Positions 21,442 to 31,224 of a stretch of DNA of 64,000 nucleotides are shown here, piece by piece. This DNA comes from an uncultured Collinsella sp. (GTDB lineage Bacteria; Actinomycetota; Coriobacteriia; Coriobacteriales; Coriobacteriaceae), in contig CABQJK010000004.1 of assembly GCA_902464495.1 (NCBI GenBank), positions 10,453 to 74,452 on the forward strand, in the 5' to 3' direction. The notes under the pieces are model-generated. The model was not told the DNA's origin, made no database searches, and saw only the letters and a program-made list of their open reading frames with translations. The position numbers were made by a program, and so were the translations under genes. Positions within the stretch are counted from its first letter, which is position 1. Each line of letters begins with the position of its first letter.

Positions 21442-22803
21442 CTACAGAATAAATCGAAGGATGTCGGAACGAAGCATATAGACAAACAGCAGCGCAAAGA
21501 GCGCGATGCCGACATAGCTGACGATTGTCTGCACTTTGAGCGGCAGCTCGCGGCCCGCAATCTTTTGAATGATCTCGATGACCAGCTTGCCGCCATCGAG
21601 TGGTGGGATGGGCAGCAGGTTCATAAAGCCAAGCGAGAACGAAATGAGGGCGGCAAACGAAAGGAACGTGGCAGGGCCGGCAGCAGCGGCCTGTGAGGAC
21701 ATAACGCTAATACCCACGATCGAAGAAGACTGATCGAGAATCTCCATCGTATGCTGCGGCTGGAGCAGGCGCATCACGCCATCCGCTGTCTGCACGACAT
21801 AGGAGAACGACAGGCGAGTCGACGTGATGGGGTCTAAACGGACCACCTGCGTAGAGGCATACACACCTAGGCGCTCGTCCTCTTTGAGCGCAACCGTGGT
21901 CGAATGCTGCTTGCCGTCACGCTCGTACTCGATGGCGATATCGTCCTTACCGGCGGCCTTGCCGATGGCATCGTAGACATCCATCCAAGTGGAACATGAG
22001 ACACCGTCAACCGAAAGGATTGCATCACCGGCCTCGATACCCGCCTTGGCGGCAATAGACCCCTCGTCAACCTGACCGATCACGTTGGTATCCATCGGCA
22101 CGGTGACACCTGCGATGGAATAGATGCTCATAAGGAGCAAAAAACCCGTCAGGATATTGACGATAATGCCCGCAAGCAGCATAAAGGCACGCTTGACAAA
22201 GCCCTGGCCCAAATAGGTGTGCGAGCGCTCGCGCGCAAGGAATTCGGCCTCGTCGCACGGCAGTTCCCATACATCGCCCTCGGCAGTCGCATGCCCGCGA
22301 TCGAACCGACGGCCGTCAAAGGTGGTATAACCCGCCGCGTCACGCGGCAGAGTCTGGTACTTGGTGGGATAGTAGCTCGGCGAGGGCTTCTCCCCTTCCT
22401 CATACCAGGGCGCGATGGAGCCCCAGCCCAGCAAAAGGGCGCATGCCTCGAGCACAACCTCCTCGGAAAGCTCGAGCTCGACAGCAAGGTCGGCCACGGT
22501 CACGCGACCATGACGATAGATAGCCGCGAGCACGCGATCGGCGCACGAAACATCGGTCGGATCCATACCGCAGATGGCAGCGTAGCCACCCAGCAGCAGC
22601 GGGGTCACGCCAAACTTGGTTCCAATGCGACGCGACGTGTAATGGATGTCAAAGCGGCACGGCAGACCCAAAAAGAACTCGGTCACACGGACGCCGCAGG
22701 CACGCGCCGCCAAAAAGTGGCCGCCCTCGTGCAAAAACACGAGGACGGAAAGCATCAGCAGGCCCCAAAAGACCGATGAGAGAACGCTCAGAACAGTATC
22801 CAT
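21442..22803 (-). CDS. rseP: Site-2 (M50) metalloprotease RseP with one PDZ domain and an unusual cytoplasmic insert
   Basis: HEGGH, LGGY, NLLPIPPLDGG; dxr-rseP-ispG order. Confidence 0.93.
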   Translation of the reverse strand: MDTVLSVLSSVFWGLLMLSVLVFLHEGGHFLAARACGVRVTEFFLGLPCRFDIHYTSRRIGTKFGVTPLLLGGYAAICGMDPTDVSCADRVLAAIYRHGRVTVADLAVELELSEEVVLEACALLLGWGSIAPWYEEGEKPSPSYYPTKYQTLPRDAAGYTTFDGRRFDRGHATAEGDVWELPCDEAEFLARERSHTYLGQGFVKRAFMLLAGIIVNILTGFLLLMSIYSIAGVTVPMDTNVIGQVDEGSIAAKAGIEAGDAILSVDGVSCSTWMDVYDAIGKAAGKDDIAIEYERDGKQHSTTVALKEDERLGVYASTQVVRLDPITSTRLSFSYVVQTADGVMRLLQPQHTMEILDQSSSIVGISVMSSQAAAAGPATFLSFAALISFSLGFMNLLPIPPLDGGKLVIEIIQKIAGRELPLKVQTIVSYVGIALFALLFVYMLRSDILRFIL

Positions 22804-22828
22804 AAAACGAAAAAGCAATCCTTATGGG

Positions 22829-24016
22829 TTAGGAACGGGTTGCGGCGAGCACCTGCGCAGCCTTTTCACGCGCCCACGCATCGATGTCGCGAAGCTGCTC
22901 AAACGAATCGACCGCCTGCATATCGTGGGCGTCCATGCAGGATTCCACAATGCGATCGATATCGGTAAAGCTGCAGCCATCGTGCAGGAAGGCATCGACG
23001 GCGACCTCGTTGGCGGCATTGAGCACGCACGGCATGGTGCCACCCGTCTTGCCGGCGCGTTCGGCCAGTGCCAGACAGCGGAAGGTATCCATGTCGGCAG
23101 CATCAAACGTGAGCTGCCCCAGCTCGCGGAAATCGATACGAGGCGCCGGGGTATCCCAACGCTCGGGATACGAGAACGCGAACTGGATGGGAATACGCAT
23201 GTCGGATGCACCGAGATGCGCCATCACGGAGCCGTCGGCGAACTCGACCATAGAGTGAATCTTGGACTGACGCTGCACGACCACGTTAATGAAATCGAGG
23301 TCGCAGTTAAACAGATGCATGGCCTCAATGCGCTCCAGGCCCTTGTTCATGAGGGTGGCGGAGTCAATGGTGATCTTGGCACCCATGGCCCACGTGGGAT
23401 GCGCGAGGGCATCGGCACGCGTCACGCGATCGAGCTCGTCGCGCGTGCAGCCAAAGAACGGACCGCCCGAGCAGGTGAGCCAAATACAATGAGCCTCGCG
23501 CGGGTTCTCCCCCAGATAGCACTGGTAAATGGCGGAGTGCTCAGAGTCGACTGGAATAAGCTGGCCCGGTTGCGCCAACGGCATAAGCAAGTCGCCACCG
23601 ACGACGAGGGACTCCTTGTTGGCAAGGGCAAGGCGCTTATTCGAGGTCAAGGCCGCATGGCTCGCCTCGAGACCGGCGGCGCCCACAATAGCGACAAGCA
23701 CGCAGTCGACATCGTCGCGACGCGCGAGCTCGCAAACCGCCTGCGCGCCAACGCCGAGCTTCGTTCCCTCGGGCAACTCCTGCAGCACGGCGTCATCGCC
23801 ATGAGCGGCATCGGCCACGGCAACCGCCGGAACCGAGAACTCGCGGGCAGCGGCAACGAGCTCGGAGGTACTGGAGTTAACGGACAGCGCCGTCACCTGC
23901 AGGCGATCGGCATGCTGGCGGCACACATCGAGCGCCTGGGTGCCGATAGAGCCCGTACAACCCAGGATGGCAACGCGAAGGCGTCCATCAGGGCCATACG
24001 TCGTCTGGAAGGACAT
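22829..24016 (-). CDS. dxr: 1-deoxy-D-xylulose-5-phosphate reductoisomerase
   Basis: LGCTGSIG, LANKES, PVDSEH, HPTWAMGAKITIDSATLMNKGLE. Confidence 0.97.
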   Translation of the reverse strand: MSFQTTYGPDGRLRVAILGCTGSIGTQALDVCRQHADRLQVTALSVNSSTSELVAAAREFSVPAVAVADAAHGDDAVLQELPEGTKLGVGAQAVCELARRDDVDCVLVAIVGAAGLEASHAALTSNKRLALANKESLVVGGDLLMPLAQPGQLIPVDSEHSAIYQCYLGENPREAHCIWLTCSGGPFFGCTRDELDRVTRADALAHPTWAMGAKITIDSATLMNKGLERIEAMHLFNCDLDFINVVVQRQSKIHSMVEFADGSVMAHLGASDMRIPIQFAFSYPERWDTPAPRIDFRELGQLTFDAADMDTFRCLALAERAGKTGGTMPCVLNAANEVAVDAFLHDGCSFTDIDRIVESCMDAHDMQAVDSFEQLRDIDAWAREKAAQVLAATRS

Positions 24017-24915
24017 TACAGCACGCCTCCGATCATCAGCAACAGCTGCGCGGTGATGCAACCGAAGATAAGCGAATCGCTACGATCGAGCATGCCGCCG
24101 TGGCCCGGGATAAGGTTGCCGGAATCCTTGACGCCCACACCGCGCTTGATGCGCGACTCGATAAGGTCGCCGATAACGCCCAGAATGGACACGACCACGC
24201 CGCACAGCAGCGCATAGGGCAGGCTGAGCTTGTAGAAGTGCGTCGCCCACAGGATGAGCCAAATCAAAACCGAGCCCAGGATGCCGCCGACAAACCCCTC
24301 CCAGCTCTTTTTGGGAGAAATCTTGGGAACCATCTTGTGCTTGCCGATACGGCTGCCCACGATGTAGGCAAACGAATCGGAGACCCAAAGGGACGCGCAA
24401 ACGCCCACTGAAAGCAGGGCGCCGGCAAAACCGGGCACGGCATCGCGCAGCAGCACGATAGCCGACAGCATAAAGCCAGTGTAGATGGGACCCATGAGCG
24501 TCACGGCCACATCAGAGATGCGGGTACGCGGCGACCAGACATACCAAATGCCCACAGCGAGCATCAAGGCAAAAAGCAGGGCATTCAGCAACATCGAATC
24601 GCCCAACGCTGACAGCGGAAAGAGTACGGCGGCAGCGATACCCATGCGCTCGTTAGCCATCTTGCCATCGAGCCTTGTCATACGGAAAAACTCATAGCAG
24701 CACAGACCGCTCATGACGGAAACAAAGATGGCCGTGGGCACGATACCCAAAACCAGGCACAGGATAAAGACAACAGCGTAGACGATACCGGCGGCGGCAC
24801 GGGTAATAAAGCCCGCCAGCCACGAACCGGTGCCGCTCTTCGCTGCAGACGCTCCCGCAGTGGCAGCCTTACGCTCAGGCGTCTTGGGAGCAGTTGCCTT
24901 GGGACGATCGGACAC
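24016..24915 (-). CDS. cdsA: Phosphatidate cytidylyltransferase
   Basis: ISPKKSWEG, KDSGNLIPGHGGMLDRSDS. Confidence 0.96.
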   Translation of the reverse strand: MSDRPKATAPKTPERKAATAGASAAKSGTGSWLAGFITRAAAGIVYAVVFILCLVLGIVPTAIFVSVMSGLCCYEFFRMTRLDGKMANERMGIAAAVLFPLSALGDSMLLNALLFALMLAVGIWYVWSPRTRISDVAVTLMGPIYTGFMLSAIVLLRDAVPGFAGALLSVGVCASLWVSDSFAYIVGSRIGKHKMVPKISPKKSWEGFVGGILGSVLIWLILWATHFYKLSLPYALLCGVVVSILGVIGDLIESRIKRGVGVKDSGNLIPGHGGMLDRSDSLIFGCITAQLLLMIGGVL

Positions 24916-24917
24916 GA

Positions 24918-25712
24918 TTAAGCCTCCTCGGACTTGCTCAGTCCACCAAACCTACGGTCACGGCCCTGATAGGCCAAAATGGCGTCGACAAGGCCCCAAC
25001 GATCAAAGTCGGGCCAATAGGTATCGGTGACATAGAACTCGGAATAAGCCACCTGCCACAGCAGATAGTTCGAAAGGCGCAGCTCACCAGAGGTGCGAAT
25101 CACAAGCTCAGGATCGGGAAGACCGGCGGTATAGAGGTGGGAAGCCACCATATCGTCATCAATTGCAGCGGGATCGATCTTACCGGTGGCAGCGTCGAGT
25201 GCGATCTGACGGACAGCGCGGGTAATCTCGGCACGCGCGCCGTAGTTGACGGCAAGCGCCAGCGTCATACCGGTGTGATCGGCGCACTCGGCTAGACCGC
25301 GTTCAAAAACGTCGCGAGTCTTCTTGGGCAGCGCTGAAATATCACCCAAAAAGACAACACGCACGTTTTCGCGCTTCAGAAGCGGCAGCTCGTCGATAAA
25401 CGTCTTGGCAAACAGGTGCATCAAGACGTTGACCTCATGCTGCGGGCGGTTCCAGTTTTCGGTAGAAAACGCATAGGCCGAAAGCACGTCGACGCCCAGA
25501 CGCACGCAGGCGGTAATAATCTCGCGAAGGGAGACGATACCCGCCTTGTGGCCCTCGGTGCGTGCAAGACCACGCGACGTGGCCCAACGACCGTTGCCGT
25601 CCATGATGCACGAGATATGGTGCGGAATGTTATTGAGGTCAAGGTCGGAAAAACCGACGCCCGCAGGGGCGTCGGCAAAGTACTCGACCAGTTTATGCTC
25701 GTCGTATTGCAC
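24918..25712 (-). CDS. uppS: Undecaprenyl diphosphate synthase
   Basis: IMDGNGRW, AFSTENW, IRTSGELRLSNYLLWQ. Confidence 0.97.
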   Translation of the reverse strand: MQYDEHKLVEYFADAPAGVGFSDLDLNNIPHHISCIMDGNGRWATSRGLARTEGHKAGIVSLREIITACVRLGVDVLSAYAFSTENWNRPQHEVNVLMHLFAKTFIDELPLLKRENVRVVFLGDISALPKKTRDVFERGLAECADHTGMTLALAVNYGARAEITRAVRQIALDAATGKIDPAAIDDDMVASHLYTAGLPDPELVIRTSGELRLSNYLLWQVAYSEFYVTDTYWPDFDRWGLVDAILAYQGRDRRFGGLSKSEEA

Positions 25713-25713
25713 C

Positions 25714-26250
25714 TTAGATCTCCATGACCTCGGCTTCTTTTTCCTTCAGAAGCTCCTCGACCTTGGCGACATACTCATCGGTGTGCTTCTGGACCTTGGC
25801 CTGCTCGCGACGGACATCGTCCTCGGTGAGCTCCTCATCGCGCTCGAGCTTATTGTTGAAGTCGCGACGGATGTTACGGATAGACACCTTGGCCTGCTCG
25901 GCGTACTCGCGGCACTCCTTGACGAGCTCGCGACGGCGCTCCTCAGTGGGAGCCGGGAACGGAAGACGAACGACGGTGCCATCGGAGTTGGGGGTAATAC
26001 CCAGATCGGAAGCGCCGATGGCCTTGACGATAGCATTGATGAGTGCCTTGTCCCACGGCTCGATGAGCAGCATGTGGGCCTCGGGGGTCTTGACGGCGGC
26101 AACCTGCGTGACCGGCGTGGGAACACCGTAATAATCGACGGTGATGTCGGACAGAATGTTGGCATTGGCGCGGCCGGTACGGACCTTGGAGAAGTTATGC
26201 TTGAGGGACTCGAGCGACTTGTCCATATGGGCGGTGATGTTCTCTGCCAT
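25714..26250 (-). CDS. frr: Ribosome recycling factor
   Basis: VRTGRAN, VDYYG, TEERRRELVK, IRNIRRD. Confidence 0.97.
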   Translation of the reverse strand: MAENITAHMDKSLESLKHNFSKVRTGRANANILSDITVDYYGVPTPVTQVAAVKTPEAHMLLIEPWDKALINAIVKAIGASDLGITPNSDGTVVRLPFPAPTEERRRELVKECREYAEQAKVSIRNIRRDFNNKLERDEELTEDDVRREQAKVQKHTDEYVAKVEELLKEKEAEVMEI

Positions 26251-26252
26251 GC

Positions 26253-26975
26253 TTAATCCTCCTGATAGACGAGCGTGCCGACGGGCTCACCCGCGAGCGC
26301 GCGCTTGACGGTGTCCTCGCCATCGATGTTGAGGACCAAAATCGGCATACGGTTGTCCTGGCACAGTGCCGTAGCCGTGGAATCCATAACCTGCAGACCG
26401 CGGACGAGAACCTCGTGATAGGTAATCTTGTCAAAACGGACGGCATCGGCGCACTTGACGGGATCCTTGTCGTAGATGCCATCAACCTTGGTGGCTTTAA
26501 TCAGAATCTCGGCGCCGATCTCGCACGCACGAAGAGCCGCTGCGGTGTCGGTCGTAAAGTACGGATTGCCCGAACCGGCGGCAAAAATAACGACGTTGCC
26601 CTTGGAAAGGTGGTTGATGGCGCGACGGCGAATATAGGGCTCGCAGATCTCGTTCATCTGGATAGCGCTCATCACGCGGCAGGGAACATCGTTATGCTCG
26701 AAGGCATCCTGCAGGGCGAGCGCGTTCATAACGGTTGCCAGCATGCCCATGTAGTCGGCCTGAGCACGCTCCATGCCACCGGCAGCGCCGGCCATGCCGC
26801 GAAAAATGTTGCCGCCGCCGACAACGACGCCGACCTCATGGCCAACGGCGAGCAGCTCCTTGACCTGCTTGGCAAGATGGTCGGTAACTTTGGGGTCGAT
26901 GCCATATTGGCCGTCGCCCATCAGTGCTTCGCCGGAAAGCTTAAGAAGCACGCGTTTATATCGGATGTCGGACAA
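26253..26975 (-). CDS. pyrH: UMP kinase
   Basis: [25 protein letters not shown]. Confidence 0.97.
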   Translation of the reverse strand: MSDIRYKRVLLKLSGEALMGDGQYGIDPKVTDHLAKQVKELLAVGHEVGVVVGGGNIFRGMAGAAGGMERAQADYMGMLATVMNALALQDAFEHNDVPCRVMSAIQMNEICEPYIRRRAINHLSKGNVVIFAAGSGNPYFTTDTAAALRACEIGAEILIKATKVDGIYDKDPVKCADAVRFDKITYHEVLVRGLQVMDSTATALCQDNRMPILVLNIDGEDTVKRALAGEPVGTLVYQED

Positions 26976-27034
26976 AGCGATCCTCCTTTAATTAGACTTT
27001 CAATATGATATCAAAGGCTCTGATAAGAGCCATG

Positions 27035-27069
27035 AAAAAGCAGGCTGTGAGTAAAACCCACAGCCTGCT
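27035..27069 (-). terminator. Terminator after tsf
   Basis: agcaggctgtg/cacagcctgct stem with U-run on -. Confidence 0.8.
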
Positions 27070-27092
27070 CATTACCAGCTACAAGAGCTTAT

Positions 27093-27962
27093 TTACTCGC
27101 CACGGACCAGACGGTCAAAGGCAACGACGGTAATGGTGTCGCCGAGCTCCTTGGAGACCTGCTCAGCGTACTTCTTGATGGTGAGGGAGCTGTCCTTGAT
27201 GAACTCCTGCTCGGTGAGCACGGACTGCTTGTAGAACTTCTCCAGACGGCCAACAGCCATCTTCTCCTGGATAGCCTCGGGCTTGCCGGACTCGGCAGCC
27301 TGGGCCATGTAGATCTGCTTCTCGTGCTCGACGGTCTCGGCCGGAACCTGATCGCGGGTAGCGCAGATCGGTGCGACGGCGGCAACCTGAAGGGCAACGT
27401 CGTGAGCGAAGGTCTTGAAGGACTCAGCCTGAGCGGTCTCGACCTTCTCGAAGGCGAACTCGACGAGGACGCCGATCTTACCACCCATGTGGATGTAAGA
27501 AGCGAGCGCGCCGTTCTCGGCCTTGCGGGCAGCGAAGCGGGAGATCTTCATGTTCTCGCCCATGATGTGAATCATCTCGGTGAGCTCGGAGGAAACGGTC
27601 TCCTCGCCCATCGGCTTCTCGAGCAGAGCGTCGACGTCAGCAGGCTCGGTGGTAGCGACAACCTCAGCGACCTTAGAAGCAAAGCCGGTGAACTTGGCGT
27701 TGGAGCCAACGAAGTCTGTCTCGCAGGAGAGCTCGAGCAGAGCGCCGGTCTTGCCATCCTCGGAGACGAACGCGGCGACAGCGCCCTCGTTGGTCTCGCG
27801 GCCAGCCTTCTTGGCAGCCTTGGCGAGGCCGTTCTTACGCAGAACGTCGACAGCGGCGTCCATGTCGCCGTCAGCCTCGACGAGAGCCTTCTTGCACTCC
27901 ATCATCGGGGAGTCGGTCATCTCGCGGAGCTGCTTGACCATAGCGGCGGTAATCTGGGCCAT
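27093..27962 (-). CDS. tsf: Elongation factor Ts
   Basis: ITAAMVKQLREMT, MMECKKAL, CETDFV. Confidence 0.97.
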   Translation of the reverse strand: MAQITAAMVKQLREMTDSPMMECKKALVEADGDMDAAVDVLRKNGLAKAAKKAGRETNEGAVAAFVSEDGKTGALLELSCETDFVGSNAKFTGFASKVAEVVATTEPADVDALLEKPMGEETVSSELTEMIHIMGENMKISRFAARKAENGALASYIHMGGKIGVLVEFAFEKVETAQAESFKTFAHDVALQVAAVAPICATRDQVPAETVEHEKQIYMAQAAESGKPEAIQEKMAVGRLEKFYKQSVLTEQEFIKDSSLTIKKYAEQVSKELGDTITVVAFDRLVRGE

Positions 27963-28007
27963 TGTGGTTCCTTTCAAAGAGATGAAAAAGAATTAACTAA
28001 GACTGAT

Positions 28008-28736
28008 TTACTCGGCCTTGGGCTCAGCGGCCATCTCGGCCTCGGAGACCTGCTCCTTACCGGAGCCAGCGAGGCAGGCGTCAGCCATGAGCTCGCACAT
28101 AAGGGTGACAGCGGAGATAGCGTCATCGTTGCAGGGGATGCCGTACTCGACCTCGTCGGGATCGGAGTTGGTGTCGATCAGAGCGACGACGGGGATGTTC
28201 AGGCGCTGAGCCTCCTTGATGGCGTTCTCCTCGCGCTTAGTGTCGATGACGAAGAGAGCCTGGGGCAGACCCTTCATGTCGCGGGCGCCACCGAGGTTGG
28301 TCTGGAGCTTGGTGAGCTCCTTGCCGAGCACAGCCTGCTCCTTCTTGGGGAGCACTGCCATGCGGCCGTCCTCGACCATGGCCTCGAGCTCCTCCATGCG
28401 GTTGATGCGGGAGCGGATGGTGACGAAGTTGGTCAGCATACCGCCGAGCCAACGCTGGTTGATGTAAGGCATGTTGGCGCGCTCAGCAGCGTTCTTGACG
28501 GCCTCCTGAGCCTGCTTCTTGGTGCCGACGAACAGCACGTTGCCACCCTTGGCGACGTTCTTGACGAAGGTGTAGGCCTGGTCGGCGTCGAGGATGGTCT
28601 GCTTGAGGTCGAGGATGTAGATGCCGTTGCGCTCACCGAAGATGAACGGCTTCATCTTGGGGTTCCAGCGACGGGTCTGGTGACCGAAGTGGCAGCCGGC
28701 CTCGAGCAGGGTGCGGATATTAATCTTGGTAGCCAT
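28008..28736 (-). CDS. rpsB: 30S ribosomal protein S2
   Basis: [29 protein letters not shown]. Confidence 0.98.
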   Translation of the reverse strand: MATKINIRTLLEAGCHFGHQTRRWNPKMKPFIFGERNGIYILDLKQTILDADQAYTFVKNVAKGGNVLFVGTKKQAQEAVKNAAERANMPYINQRWLGGMLTNFVTIRSRINRMEELEAMVEDGRMAVLPKKEQAVLGKELTKLQTNLGGARDMKGLPQALFVIDTKREENAIKEAQRLNIPVVALIDTNSDPDEVEYGIPCNDDAISAVTLMCELMADACLAGSGKEQVSEAEMAAEPKAE

Positions 28737-28739
28737 GTT

Positions 28740-28886
28740 AAACCTCCTGTGGTTTGCCTCCGCGCGGGGTCATCCTCCAAAACCAACCCGGACATGTGCT
28801 ACCAAAGCCCGGGCACCACGGTATGAAGTAGCCGCGCGTGCGTGATAAAAACATGTTGCCGTGAAGCAACCCGATGAATGATAGCA
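28740..28886 (-). promoter_or_regulatory. rpsB promoter (extended -10 TGcTATCAT) and long structured leader, probably the S2 autoregulatory RNA
   Basis: atgatagca at 28878-28886; cgcgcgg/ccgcgcg pairing followed by GGAGGC near the SD. Confidence 0.5.
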
Positions 28887-28955
28887 GGAATGCTTCTTCC
28901 TGCCAACCCGCAATCAAAACCACACACCTGAGTGCGGCGCGGGACGTCCCAGCCA

Positions 28956-29876
28956 CTATTCGCCGCGGGGATGGGCTTGAGCCACGGCACGTTTGAGCCG
29001 ATCGGGCGTGAGGTGCGTGTAGATCTGCGTCGTGGACAGGCTCGCATGACCCAGCAGCTCTTGAACCGAGCGCAGGTCCGCACCGCCCTCGAGCAAGTCG
29101 GTCGCAAAGGTATGGCGCATCGCATGCGGGGCGATGTCGGCCGGAATGCCGGCGAGTGTCGCCAGAGTATGGAACCGCCGCCTGAGCATAGCGGCACTCA
29201 TGCGATTACCGCGCGCCGATATAAGCAGCGGATGCGGCCCGGTAGCGGAGTCACGGCGCTTTGCCTGAGCGAGCAACTCCGGCCTCCCCTCCTCAATATA
29301 GAGACGCGTCGCCTCGAGCGCACGACGATACAGAGGGACGATACGTTCTTTGCTCCCCTTGCCCCACAGGCGCAGCGTGCGTTCGGACCACGCAATGGAC
29401 TCCACATTGAGTGCTGCGAGCTCAGAGATACGGGCGCCCGAGGCATAGAGCAGCTCGAGCATCGCCGCATCGCGCAGTCCCGCGGGTGTTGAGGTATCAG
29501 GCGTCTTGAGCAGCGCCTCCACCTGTTGGGTCGTCAGCACACCGGGTAGATCGCGCGGGAGCTTGGGCGAGGAAATTGCCGAGACCACATCGCCCTCCAC
29601 GACCCCCTCGGCAGCCATCCACCGATAGAGCGAGCGAACGGCAGACAGGTGTGCCGCAAGCGTTCGGGGAGCCACCTGCCCACGCGAAAGCTCGGCAAGA
29701 TAGCGACGAATGGTGCGCACGTCGGCAGCGAAAGCATCTATATCCTCGCGCTCGCACCAGGCAGCAAAGCGCTCCAGCCTCGAGCCATAGGCCGTCACCG
29801 TGTTGGGAGAAAGCCCCTCGACACGTGAGATATAGGCGATAAACGAGTCGACGGTGTCGTACAGGTCAAAGGCTAT
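28956..29876 (-). CDS. xerC: Tyrosine recombinase XerC/XerD family (inferred non-canonical ATA start)
   Basis: Catalytic R (GARISE), K (GKGSKER), HAMRH, LGH, TQIY; SAM-like N-terminal helix continues in frame upstream of the first GTG. Confidence 0.88.
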   Translation of the reverse strand: MAFDLYDTVDSFIAYISRVEGLSPNTVTAYGSRLERFAAWCEREDIDAFAADVRTIRRYLAELSRGQVAPRTLAAHLSAVRSLYRWMAAEGVVEGDVVSAISSPKLPRDLPGVLTTQQVEALLKTPDTSTPAGLRDAAMLELLYASGARISELAALNVESIAWSERTLRLWGKGSKERIVPLYRRALEATRLYIEEGRPELLAQAKRRDSATGPHPLLISARGNRMSAAMLRRRFHTLATLAGIPADIAPHAMRHTFATDLLEGGADLRSVQELLGHASLSTTQIYTHLTPDRLKRAVAQAHPRGE

Positions 29877-31210
29877 GACCGGTCGCCTCCAAACAGATCG
29901 GGGCGAGTGGCCAGATAGGCATCAAGGGCCTCGAGCGCACGGTCCGCATAGGCCTGGTAGCGGTCGCGCTTGCTGCGGCGCTTACCATCCTCGAGTGGCG
30001 GCACCAGGCCAAAGTTGACATGCATAGGCTGATAGCCCACGGTGGCAGGATCGGTCGCATAGCCCACGAGCGCACCCAGGGCGCCCACACGCGGCAACTC
30101 GACGCCCGCGGCACCGATAGCCTCGGCATAGGTGTTGAGCGCCGCGAGCAGACCTGTCGCCACGGCTTCCATGTACCCCTCGGTGCCGGTGATCTGACCG
30201 GCCAGGCGCACGCCGGTACCGGGCACGGCAAAGGTGCCATCGAGCACGTGCGGGGCGTCGACAAAGGTATTGCGGTGCATGACACCGTAGCGGAAGAACT
30301 CAGCGTTCTCCAGGCCCGGCACCATATGGAAGACGCGCTTCTGCTCGCCAAAGGTCAGGTTGGTCTGGAAGCCCACCAGGTTATAGGCGGTCTTCTCCTT
30401 GTTCTCGGCACGCAGCTGAATCGCCGCCCAGGGGCGACGTCCGGTACGCGGGTCGGTGAGGCCGACGGGCTTCATGGCACCAAAGCGGATGGCATCCTTG
30501 CCGGTGCGCGCGACCTCCTCGGCGGGCTGGCAGGCCTGGAACAGATCGCCACCCTCAAAGTCTTTGAGCACCACGCGGTCGGCCGTGGTAAGCGCCTCGA
30601 TAAAGGCCTCGTACTCCTCCTTGTTGAGCGGAGCGTTGAGATAGTCGCCGCTCCCCTGCTCCTCGTAGCGCGACTGCGAGAACAGCACGTCCATATCGAG
30701 CGTGGAGGCATCGACGATCGGCGCCGCGGCATCGAAGAACGCAAGGGCGTCGCCACCGACGAGCTTCATGACCTCTTCGCTCAGCGCAGGTGAACACAGC
30801 GGGCCCGCGGCAATGACCACGTGGCCCTCGGGAATCTGCGTGACCTCGCCGTGCACGACCTCGATATTGGGACGAGCGGCAACTTCGGCCTCGACAAGCT
30901 CGGAAAACTTGACGCGATCGACCGCTAAGGCGCCACCGGCGGGAACAGCCGCGCGATGGGCGCAATCGAGCAGAACTGAACCCATGCGCTCAAGCTCGGC
31001 CTTCAGCAAACCAGCCGCGGAATCCGGACGGGTCGACTTAAACGAATTGGAGCAGACGAGCTCTGCCAGGTGATCGGTATGGTGGGCCGGGGAGCTCACC
31101 TGGGGGCGCATCTCGCACAGCTTTACGGCAAACCCGCGATCTGCCAGCTGGATCGCGCACTCCGAACCCGCCAGACCGCCACCGATAACTGTCACCTGAT
31201 CGAACTGCAT
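29873..31210 (-). CDS. trmFO: Folate-dependent tRNA m5U54 methyltransferase TrmFO
   Basis: IGGGLAGSE, AELVCSNS, FFDAAAPIV, YGVMHRNTF, AGQITGTEGY. Confidence 0.96.
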   Translation of the reverse strand: MQFDQVTVIGGGLAGSECAIQLADRGFAVKLCEMRPQVSSPAHHTDHLAELVCSNSFKSTRPDSAAGLLKAELERMGSVLLDCAHRAAVPAGGALAVDRVKFSELVEAEVAARPNIEVVHGEVTQIPEGHVVIAAGPLCSPALSEEVMKLVGGDALAFFDAAAPIVDASTLDMDVLFSQSRYEEQGSGDYLNAPLNKEEYEAFIEALTTADRVVLKDFEGGDLFQACQPAEEVARTGKDAIRFGAMKPVGLTDPRTGRRPWAAIQLRAENKEKTAYNLVGFQTNLTFGEQKRVFHMVPGLENAEFFRYGVMHRNTFVDAPHVLDGTFAVPGTGVRLAGQITGTEGYMEAVATGLLAALNTYAEAIGAAGVELPRVGALGALVGYATDPATVGYQPMHVNFGLVPPLEDGKRRSKRDRYQAYADRALEALDAYLATRPDLFGGDRS

Positions 31211-31224
31211 CTGCAAACACCTTT

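Noticed and set aside
28956..29876. Tyrosine recombinase as a prophage or island integrase
   Set aside because: It lies in the conserved dprA-trmFO-xerC context, with no att repeats, tRNA or cargo genes
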